From: an uncultured Sutterella sp. | GTDB taxonomy: Bacteria; Pseudomonadota; Gammaproteobacteria; Burkholderiales; Burkholderiaceae_F | Assembly: GCA_900545335.1 (NCBI GenBank) | Contig: UQYP01000001.1 | Span: forward strand, 77,775 to 141,774 | Reading direction: 5' to 3' | DNA length: 64,000 nt | In this document: piece after piece, positions 56,631 to 64,000 of the stretch | Numbering within the stretch: position 1 is the first letter of the stretch | Layout: each line of letters starts with the position of its first letter | Program-made: the position numbers and the translations under genes | Notes under the pieces: model-generated | The model's database searches: none | The model's input: the letters and a program-made list of their open reading frames with translations, nothing else | Told to the model about the DNA's origin: nothing

Positions 56631-57398
56631 TTAAACCTCATAATCCACTGTCAAAGGGGCGTGATCAGAAAATTTTTCTTCACTGTAGACAGAAGTTGAG
56701 CGGGCTTTCTGAGCCAAACCGGGTGTCGCAATTTGGTAATCAATTCGCCAACCCACATTTTTTGCCCGAGCCTGACCTCTTTGACTCCACCAAGTATATT
56801 GCTCTTTATTGGGTTCGAGCTTTCGAAAAACATCCACCCATCCATCCGAAAACAGATCAGTAAGCCATTGTCTTTCTTCGGGCAAGAAACCGGAATGCGT
56901 TAAATTACCCTTCCAATTCTTAAGATCGATTTCCTTATGGGCAATATTGACATCGCCACAAAAGACAATCTCTTTACCCATGGCGGAAAGCTCTTTTAAA
57001 TGTTCTCTAAAGACCTCTAAGAAGCGATATTTCGCCTGCTGTCTATCCTCTGAACTGGTACCCGAAGGAAAGTAAACGGATATAACAACATAATTTTCAA
57101 ATTCCGCTCTCACATAACGGCCCTCTGCATCGAACTCTTCATTACCGAAACCGATTTGAACCGATTGGGGCTTCTCTTTACTGTATAAGGCAACGCCTGA
57201 ATAGCCTTTTTTCTGAGCAGTATTCATGTAAACATGAAACTGCTCGTCATGTAAAGTTTTTTCGTCAAAATCCGAGGGTTGTCCTTTGAGTTCCTGAACA
57301 CAAAGAATATCGGCCTGTTGTTGATCAAACCACTGCCAAAAGTTCTTTTTTGATGCCGAACGCAGCCCGTTGGCGTTAAAAGTAATAATGCGCAACAT
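56631..57398 (-). CDS. xthA: Exodeoxyribonuclease III
   Basis: Motifs MLRIITFNANGLRS, DILCVQELK and a C-terminal SDHAP align to E. coli XthA. Confidence 0.9.
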   Translation of the reverse strand: MLRIITFNANGLRSASKKNFWQWFDQQQADILCVQELKGQPSDFDEKTLHDEQFHVYMNTAQKKGYSGVALYSKEKPQSVQIGFGNEEFDAEGRYVRAEFENYVVISVYFPSGTSSEDRQQAKYRFLEVFREHLKELSAMGKEIVFCGDVNIAHKEIDLKNWKGNLTHSGFLPEERQWLTDLFSDGWVDVFRKLEPNKEQYTWWSQRGQARAKNVGWRIDYQIATPGLAQKARSTSVYSEEKFSDHAPLTVDYEV

Positions 57399-57468
57399 CT
57401 GTTTTCCCGTTAAAATTTATTATTTGGGTAATTATCCTGAATCGTCAAGAATTTTGTCGGATCTAATT

Positions 57469-58143
57469 ATGTCGTTACAACATGAATTTATCGAATTTGC
57501 TCTGAATACCCAAGTTTTGCGTTTCGGAGAATTTAAAACCAAAGCAGGGCGTCTGTCCCCCTATTTTTTCAATCTCGGTCTTTTCAACACCGGCAAGACA
57601 TTGGGGAAATTGGCAGAGTTCTATGCTCAAACCCTTTTGACTGCACGTCAAGAAGGTAAGATTGAATTTGATATGATTTTCGGCCCGGCTTATAAAGGTA
57701 TTCCTTTGGCTGCAGCCGTCGCCGTTAAATTGGCCGAAATGGGCTGTGATATTCCCTATGCATTTAACCGTAAAGAAGCTAAAGATCACGGTGAAGGCGG
57801 CATGATTATCGGCTCGCCTTTAAAAGGAAAAGTGATTGTTATTGATGACGTGATTTCTGCAGGCACTTCTGTTCGTGAATCGGTGAAGTTAATTCAAGCC
57901 GCTGGCGCTCAGGCAAGTGGAGTTGTCATCGCTTTGGATCGAATGGAAAAAGGTGGAAACGCAGAACAAATGACTGAGGTCTCGGCTGTGCAGGACGTGA
58001 TCAACACATTCCATATGCCTGTTATTTCCATCATTAATTTAAAGGACCTTTTGGCCTTCATGGATGAAGACACACCGATGGCTCAGCAAGCCCGCGCTTA
58101 CAGAGAAGCTGTCCAGGCATACCGCGACCGTTACGGCGCTTAG
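57469..58143 (+). CDS. pyrE: Orotate phosphoribosyltransferase
   Basis: It has FGEFKTKAGRLSPYFFN and the PRPP-binding motif VIVIDDVISAGTS. I set the start at the MSLQHEF Met; the ORF-track start at 57370 would overlap xthA. Confidence 0.85.
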   Translation: MSLQHEFIEFALNTQVLRFGEFKTKAGRLSPYFFNLGLFNTGKTLGKLAEFYAQTLLTARQEGKIEFDMIFGPAYKGIPLAAAVAVKLAEMGCDIPYAFNRKEAKDHGEGGMIIGSPLKGKVIVIDDVISAGTSVRESVKLIQAAGAQASGVVIALDRMEKGGNAEQMTEVSAVQDVINTFHMPVISIINLKDLLAFMDEDTPMAQQARAYREAVQAYRDRYGA

Positions 58144-58172
58144 TTACCATCCTTTCTCACAGCTGTACATTG

Positions 58173-58214
58173 AAAAATCCCTTGGGGTTACAGACCTCAA
58201 GGGATTTTCTTTTG
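58173..58214. terminator. Bidirectional rho-independent terminator between convergent pyrE and gatB
   Basis: It has a 10-bp stem (AAAATCCCTTG / CAAGGGATTTT) and a 13-nt loop. There is an A-run on the 5' side and a T-run on the 3' side. Confidence 0.75.
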
Positions 58215-58215
58215 A

Positions 58216-59661
58216 TTAGGACAATTTCTGTCTGAGCAGCTGATTAACCTGAGCGGGATTAGCTTTACCCTTGCTCGCTTTCATCACCTGACCAACCAAG
58301 CCGTTCAAAGCTTTTTCCTTACCGGCTCGGAATTCGGCTACATTCTTGGGATTGTTAGCGATGACTTCGTCAACAATCTTTTCGATTGCTCCCGTATCGG
58401 AAATTTGTTTCAACCCCAATTGTTCAATAAGAGTATCAACATCCTCTTCACTGCCTTGCATAATGGCTGAGAAAATCTTCTTTGCACCTTTATTGTTAAT
58501 GGTGTTATCCAAAATGCGAGAGATTAAGACTGAGAGCTTCTCAGGCGTCACGGGCAATGTTTCAATGGTCATTTCTGCCTGATTGAGCGCGGCAGAGACC
58601 TCACCCATCACCCAGTTGGCCGCAATTTTCTTATCGCTCACCTTATCAGCAACAGCCAAATAGTAATCAGCCATTGCTTTAGACGAGGTCAGAACCGAAG
58701 CATCGTAGTCAGATAAGCCAAAATCTTTTGACAGCCGAGCGCGCATCTGCTCAGGCAATTCCGGCATCTCCGAGCGAACGCGCTCGAGCCATTCTTCCGA
58801 AATATCCAAAGGCAGCAAATCAGGATCCGGGAAATAGCGATAATCCATTGAGTCTTCCTTGGATCGCATTTCACGGGTCTCTCCCGTATCCGGGTTATAA
58901 AGACGCGTGGCCTGAATAACCTTACCGCCGTCTTCAATCAATTCAATCTGGCGACGCACTTCGTACTCAATAGCCTCCTGCAGGAAGCGGAATGAATTGA
59001 GATTCTTAATTTCACAGCGCGTACCGAATTCTTTTTGACCGACTGGACGCACACTGACATTGGCATCGCAGCGGAAATTGCCGTTTTGCATATCCCCGTG
59101 GCTGATGCCCAACCAAACGACCAAGGCATGCAATGTACGGGCATAGGCGACTGCTTCTTCAGCAGAGCGAAGCTCGGGCTCTGTCACAATTTCCAATAAA
59201 GGAGTGCCAGCACGGTTTAAGTCAATACCACTTTGACCGACCTCTAAGCCATGTACACTTTTGCCTGCATCTTCTTCCAAGTGTGCACGGGTCAGATTGA
59301 GCGTCTTGATATACGGTTCACCTTTTTTAGGCGTGACCATAAAAGAGACCTGACCGCCAATAACAATCGGCCACTCAAATTGACTGATTTGATAACCCTT
59401 GGGCAAATCAGGATAAAAATAATTCTTTCGGTCAAAAATAGAACGAGGGGCTACTTTTGCGCCAATCGCCAAACCGAATTTCATCGCCTTTTCCACTGCG
59501 GCTTTGTTTAAAACCGGCAACGTTCCCGGCAAAGCCAAATCCACAGCACAGGCATGAGTGTTCGGCTCAGCACCAAAGTCAGTTGATGCTGCTGAAAATA
59601 TCTTGGTCTTTGTTGACAACTGGACGTGAGTTTCAAGACCGATTACGACTTCCCATTGCAT
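58216..59661 (-). CDS. gatB: Asp-tRNA(Asn)/Glu-tRNA(Gln) amidotransferase subunit B
   Basis: The N-terminus is [23 protein letters not shown] and the C-terminus carries a GatB/YqeY domain. Confidence 0.9.
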   Translation of the reverse strand: MQWEVVIGLETHVQLSTKTKIFSAASTDFGAEPNTHACAVDLALPGTLPVLNKAAVEKAMKFGLAIGAKVAPRSIFDRKNYFYPDLPKGYQISQFEWPIVIGGQVSFMVTPKKGEPYIKTLNLTRAHLEEDAGKSVHGLEVGQSGIDLNRAGTPLLEIVTEPELRSAEEAVAYARTLHALVVWLGISHGDMQNGNFRCDANVSVRPVGQKEFGTRCEIKNLNSFRFLQEAIEYEVRRQIELIEDGGKVIQATRLYNPDTGETREMRSKEDSMDYRYFPDPDLLPLDISEEWLERVRSEMPELPEQMRARLSKDFGLSDYDASVLTSSKAMADYYLAVADKVSDKKIAANWVMGEVSAALNQAEMTIETLPVTPEKLSVLISRILDNTINNKGAKKIFSAIMQGSEEDVDTLIEQLGLKQISDTGAIEKIVDEVIANNPKNVAEFRAGKEKALNGLVGQVMKASKGKANPAQVNQLLRQKLS

Positions 59662-59679
59662 AATTTTTCAAATCCTATA

Positions 59680-61140
59680 TCAGTATCCGGCCGGAACACG
59701 TTTGTGCCAATCCGTTTCACATTGATAGCGATGAGCAATCCCCAAGAGTTTAGCTTCATTAAAACGAGCGCTAACCAACTGGAACCCCAGGGGCAAGCCG
59801 CTTGAATGAATTCCACAGGGCAGCCCCATGCCGGGCAAACCTGCCAAGGAGACCGGTACAGTATAAAGGTCGCTCAGATAAGCCTGAACCGGATCGCTCT
59901 TTTCCCCGAAACGATAGGCCGGTCCTGTTGTTGCCGGGCTAATGATGGCATCAACTTCCTTGCATACACTGTTAAATTCATTGGCAATCAAACGGCGTAC
60001 TCGTTGAGCCTTGATGTAATAGGCATCGTAATAGCCGTGAGAAAGAACATACGTACCGATCATGATCCGTCGCTGAGGCTCTGCACCCAAAGCTTCAGAA
60101 CGACTGCGTTTAATCATGTCCTGAATATCCGTGTAATGCTTGGCACGGTAACCATAGCGAACGCCATCGTAACGGCTTAAATTGGATGAAGCTTCTGCGC
60201 AGGCCACAACGTAATAGACGGGAACACCCAGATTGACTGTCGGCAGCTCAATATCAACAATCTTGGCACCCATTCGTTCATACGTGTGGAGTACTTCCTC
60301 AATGCTGGCTGCCAACTCTTCATCGAGCCCCTTGGCAAACCAACTGCGCGGAACACCGATTTTCACCCCCTGCATGCTCATATCAAGACAGCGGGTGAAA
60401 TCTTCTTTGGGTAAATCCACACAAGTAGAATCCTTGGGATCAAAGTCGATCATTTCATTCATGACCCAAGCACAATCCTGAGCTGAATGCGCCAACAACC
60501 CCGGCGTATCAAGGCTGGAGGCAAAAGCTATCACCCCCCAGCGACTGGGGCGGCCATAGGTCGGTTTTAATCCCGTAACCCCCGTAAAGACAGCGGGTTC
60601 ACGAATAGAACCACCCGTATCAGTACCGGTTGCAATCGGAGCCAAATTAGCTGCCACACAACAGGATGAACCGCCGGAAGAGCCTCCCGGAACACATTCT
60701 TTATTCCAGGGGTTCAAAACTTTGCCGTAAGCTGAGTTTTCGTTTCCGCTGCCCATCGCAAACTCATCGCAATTGAGTTTACCCAAACAAACCATGCCGG
60801 CATTCTGAAGGTTTTCAACCACTGTGGCATTAAAGGGACTCATATAGCCCTCAAGCATTTTACTGGCTGCAGTGGTTGCCCATTGCTTGGTGACAAACAG
60901 ATCCTTGTGGGCAATCGGAATCCCCGTTAAACGGGTCGCAGTACCGGCAGCGATGCGCGCATCTGCTTCACGAGCCTGTTTTAAAGTTTCTTCTGCTCGA
61001 ACATCCAGATAAGCATTGAGATCTTTATTTTGCTCAATACGGTCCAAATAGACTTGAGCCAGTTCTACTGCACTGATTTCTCTGTTGGCGAGTTTGTCAC
61101 TGAGCTCAACAACAGAAGCACGAAAAAGTTCATTTGCCAT
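59680..61140 (-). CDS. gatA: Glutamyl-tRNA(Gln)/Asp-tRNA(Asn) amidotransferase subunit A
   Basis: The amidase signature is GGSSGGS…, and the product is 486 aa. Confidence 0.9.
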   Translation of the reverse strand: MANELFRASVVELSDKLANREISAVELAQVYLDRIEQNKDLNAYLDVRAEETLKQAREADARIAAGTATRLTGIPIAHKDLFVTKQWATTAASKMLEGYMSPFNATVVENLQNAGMVCLGKLNCDEFAMGSGNENSAYGKVLNPWNKECVPGGSSGGSSCCVAANLAPIATGTDTGGSIREPAVFTGVTGLKPTYGRPSRWGVIAFASSLDTPGLLAHSAQDCAWVMNEMIDFDPKDSTCVDLPKEDFTRCLDMSMQGVKIGVPRSWFAKGLDEELAASIEEVLHTYERMGAKIVDIELPTVNLGVPVYYVVACAEASSNLSRYDGVRYGYRAKHYTDIQDMIKRSRSEALGAEPQRRIMIGTYVLSHGYYDAYYIKAQRVRRLIANEFNSVCKEVDAIISPATTGPAYRFGEKSDPVQAYLSDLYTVPVSLAGLPGMGLPCGIHSSGLPLGFQLVSARFNEAKLLGIAHRYQCETDWHKRVPAGY

Positions 61141-61439
61141 TATTCAATCACCTGCGGAACTAAGAAATGGCCCTCAGCTTGCTCAGGGGCATTCTTCATA
61201 TTATTTTCTCGATCATTAACTTCGCGAACGAGGTCTTCACGAAGACGCTGAGAGCCATCATGAGGATGAGGCATGGGTTCAACACCCTCTGTATCCACAG
61301 CCTGAATGCGCTCAATCATTTGGAAAATATTGTTTAATTCGCCTTGCATACGAACTGCTTGCTCATCATTGAGTTCCAAGTGACTGAGGTTGGCAATTCG
61401 ACGAATATCTTCAAGAGCCAAAGTCATAGACAATTCCAA
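61140..61439 (-). CDS. gatC: Amidotransferase subunit C
   Basis: The 99-aa product reads LTLEDIRRIANLSHLELNDEQ. Its stop overlaps the gatA start. Confidence 0.8.
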   Translation of the reverse strand: MELSMTLALEDIRRIANLSHLELNDEQAVRMQGELNNIFQMIERIQAVDTEGVEPMPHPHDGSQRLREDLVREVNDRENNMKNAPEQAEGHFLVPQVIE

Positions 61440-61672
61440 TATAAACGGGTCATCGCCCGTCTTCCAAGAAAAAACTCGCTCAGCCGATAACTGAAACGAC
61501 TAGGGTTAACTTGAGAATTTTAATGATTTTCCACTACTTTTAGAATGTTTTTCCTCGACAGCTCTTTTTATTCTGCTCAATGCGTTAGAGTTAAAGGTAT
61601 CCTAATGTTTCGAGCTTTGCTTTTCACAAGTTCTTAGGCAATAATCAGTCCACTATCTGTACTTTAGACACT

Positions 61673-62794
61673 ATGCGTACCCGCTACTTATTCCACAGCC
61701 TGGTAGTCATTGCTGCTGCCGTAGCGCTTTCGGCTTGTTCCGGCAGGGGCGGCTACTATCAAGATGACGGCCCGCCATCGGGCTTTTTTGCCAACTCGGA
61801 CTACAGCAATCTGCCCGATGCCACTCCGAAATATGAAAAACCCCACAGCGGAGCCAATAAACCTTACGTAGTCGGCGGAAAGAGATATGTTCCTATTACG
61901 GGCGATCAGCCGATGACTCAAAGAGGCACAGCCTCGTGGTACGGAAAAAAGTTTCACGGCCGAAAAACCTCTACCGGTGAAACGTACAACATGTACTCAA
62001 TGACTGCAGCCCATAAAACAATGGAGCTGCCGAGCTACGCCAAAGTGACTAACCTGAAAAACGGCAAAAGTGTCATTGTCAGGGTAAATGACCGGGGTCC
62101 TTTTGTTGATGACCGCATCATTGATCTTTCGTATGCTGCTGCCAGTAAGTTGGGATACGTAAAAAACGGGACGGCACCGGTTAAAGTAGAACGTATCCGG
62201 ATGGCTGATATCAGAAGTGGGAAAATTCCTGCTTCTTCGGGCGGTTTAATTAAATTAATCGACGACAGCAAGATAAATGAAAACAGTGCCGATATTGTAG
62301 CAATAGCCAGTGTTATCGGGGCAGCCGCCGATGTGGCCCGAGCCGTCGGCGATAAGAAAAAGAAAAGTTCTCAGAGCACGGTGCAATCTCAAGCCGCTGA
62401 GCCGAATACCATTGTGATCGAATCGTCTCCGACAACTTCTTTCACACTTGAAAATCCCCCGGAAGATCTGCAAGGTGCGGTTAATTTAACGGAAGCTGCC
62501 AAGTTGGATATGGTGAGCACTGAAGTTAACCTGACTGACGCGGCAGCTGCAGCTCAAACACCTGCTGCCACTCGCTGGTGCGTACAAGTGGGAGCTTTCA
62601 GCTCACAAGAAAATGCAACAAATTACGCCAATACTCTGCGGACGCAAATAAACCTTCCGGTCAGTGTTCGAGCCGACGGCAATCTGTTCAGAGTCACTGT
62701 CGGAGAGTTTAACTCTCAAGATGAAGCGGCCAATCAGGCTCTTACACTTGGTGAGAATTTAGGTAAAAAATTAGTTCCTCTCCAAATTCCTTAG
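61673..62794 (+). CDS. rlpA: Septal-ring lytic transglycosylase RlpA (rare lipoprotein A) with C-terminal SPOR domain
   Basis: It has the lipoprotein signal …ALSAC, a DPBB domain (GTASWYG…GETYNMY…VRVNDRGPF) and a SPOR domain (WCVQVGAFSSQENA…). Confidence 0.8.
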   Translation: MRTRYLFHSLVVIAAAVALSACSGRGGYYQDDGPPSGFFANSDYSNLPDATPKYEKPHSGANKPYVVGGKRYVPITGDQPMTQRGTASWYGKKFHGRKTSTGETYNMYSMTAAHKTMELPSYAKVTNLKNGKSVIVRVNDRGPFVDDRIIDLSYAAASKLGYVKNGTAPVKVERIRMADIRSGKIPASSGGLIKLIDDSKINENSADIVAIASVIGAAADVARAVGDKKKKSSQSTVQSQAAEPNTIVIESSPTTSFTLENPPEDLQGAVNLTEAAKLDMVSTEVNLTDAAAAAQTPAATRWCVQVGAFSSQENATNYANTLRTQINLPVSVRADGNLFRVTVGEFNSQDEAANQALTLGENLGKKLVPLQIP

Positions 62795-62805
62795 GAGAAA
62801 CAGAG

Positions 62806-64000
62806 ATGTCATTACAAAAAGTTATTAATGAGTTCTGGACCAATCAAGCTCAACCCGCTCTAATGCGATACATAGAAATTCCTGCCAAATCCACGGCTTA
62901 TGACAGGCTCTGGGAGTCTCATGGCTTTTTAAAACAGTGCTGCGAATTGGGGAAAAACTGGATTAATGAGGTTTTGCCCAGTGCTAATGTCGAGATCATT
63001 GAAGAAAAGGGAAGAACTCCCTGCTTACTGGTTGACATTCCTGCAACTGAAAAAGGTAGCGAACATAGCGTTGTCTTTTACGGACATCTGGATAAACAAC
63101 CGGAAGCCGGAGGCTGGCGTGAGGGTTTAGGCCCCTGGAAACCTGTCGTTGAAAATGGAAAACTGTACGGACGCGGAGCAGCTGACGACGGTTACAGTCT
63201 TTTTTCAATGATCACTTCCATCTCTGCCCTTGAAAAGTTAAATCTTAGTCATCCGCGCATCATCGGTATTTTTGAAACTCAAGAAGAATCCGGCTCTAAT
63301 GACCTGCCTTATTTTCTTAGGAAATTAAAAGACCGCTTTGGAAAGCCTCGTTTTTTCATTATCCTTGATAATCATTGCGGTGATTACGAACATGTTTGGT
63401 TAAGTACCTCTGTTCGAGGAGTCATTTCCGGTACTCTCAGAGTACAGAGCATGCACTACGGAGTACATTCAGGAACATATTCCGGTATGGTTCCCGACCC
63501 CTTTGCCATTGCTCAGGCTCTCGTTGCCAGACTTCACGATCCGGTCACCGGATTCGTTAAAGTCTCCTCCTGCTATGCCGCTATTCCGACACGCAGAATT
63601 CAACAGCTTAAAAAAGCTGCCGACGTCCTCGGTGATTTGGTCTGGAATCATGCTCCTCTTTTATCCGGGGTCAAAACAAAGTGCACTTCCGATCATGAAA
63701 TTCTGATTCAAGAGACATGGAAACCGGCCCTCACTGTGATCGGTGTTGACGGAATGCCCCGCATAGAAGAGGCCGGCAATGTTATTCAGCACGCCGTCGC
63801 CTTCAGAGTCTCCATGCGGATTCCACCTGAGATTGATTTTGAGGCTGCTCAAAAGGATATTGCCCATGCACTGACAAGCAACATCCCCTACGGCTGCCAA
63901 GTCACCTGGCAATATCCGGAAAATCATCCGGGTTGGTCGGCCAAGGATAATGCTGTAGAAATTGAAGACTTATTTAATGAGTCTGCCAAAACAATTTTTG
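62806..64000 (+). CDS. M20-family dipeptidase/peptidase (ArgE/DapE/CPG2 family), 3'-partial at the window end
   Basis: It is absent from the ORF track because no stop codon falls within the window. The frame is open from the ATG at 62806, preceded by a GGAGAAA Shine-Dalgarno sequence. The metal-binding motifs are VVFYGHLDKQP and GRGAADDG. Confidence 0.75.
   Translation, partial: MSLQKVINEFWTNQAQPALMRYIEIPAKSTAYDRLWESHGFLKQCCELGKNWINEVLPSANVEIIEEKGRTPCLLVDIPATEKGSEHSVVFYGHLDKQPEAGGWREGLGPWKPVVENGKLYGRGAADDGYSLFSMITSISALEKLNLSHPRIIGIFETQEESGSNDLPYFLRKLKDRFGKPRFFIILDNHCGDYEHVWLSTSVRGVISGTLRVQSMHYGVHSGTYSGMVPDPFAIAQALVARLHDPVTGFVKVSSCYAAIPTRRIQQLKKAADVLGDLVWNHAPLLSGVKTKCTSDHEILIQETWKPALTVIGVDGMPRIEEAGNVIQHAVAFRVSMRIPPEIDFEAAQKDIAHALTSNIPYGCQVTWQYPENHPGWSAKDNAVEIEDLFNESAKTIF

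Overview
This 64-kb window looks like chromosomal DNA from an anaerobic Gram-negative proteobacterium. Most of it is housekeeping genes, and two accessory loci stand out. The gene order (rsmI divergent from an lpoA-like gene; dprA, def, fmt, rsmB, a DUF4390 gene, an ntrY/ntrX-like two-component pair, trkA, trkH) suggests Betaproteobacteria, but I cannot verify the organism without a search. Housekeeping content, from start to end: slt (5' partial), cca, folB, ttcA, rsmI, an lpoA-like gene, uup (with an apparent frameshift), an acyl-CoA synthetase, prfC, a nucleobase permease, a pepT-like peptidase, tex, an aapJQM-like amino-acid ABC system with no ATPase gene, a CNNM/CorC transporter, topB, dprA, def, fmt, rsmB, the two-component pair, trkAH, ampG, rsuA, xthA, pyrE, gatCAB, rlpA and a second M20 peptidase (3' partial). 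I found no tRNA or rRNA genes, CRISPR arrays or obvious mobile elements.

Accessory locus 1 (about 8.1-19.0 kb) is a tightly packed 12-gene operon on the + strand, preceded by a Fur box. It encodes a ChuW/HutW-like HemN-family radical SAM enzyme, a TonB-dependent receptor, an ECF-type transporter (S, T and a fused A-A' ATPase), a HutX/ChuX-like protein, a flavodoxin, ExbB-ExbD-TonB and an ABC-2 exporter. I read it as an iron-regulated anaerobic heme or tetrapyrrole uptake and degradation system. Its inner-membrane step appears to be an ECF-type module rather than the usual binding-protein-dependent HmuTUV/ChuTUV. That outer-membrane TonB receptor plus ECF-type combination is the most likely undescribed system in the window.

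Accessory locus 2 (about 21.0-27.4 kb) encodes a periplasmic [FeFe]-hydrogenase (large subunit, Tat-signal small subunit and a membrane cytochrome b), followed by the maturases HydF and HydE. No hydG is in the window, and a second HemN-like radical SAM gene sits just upstream.
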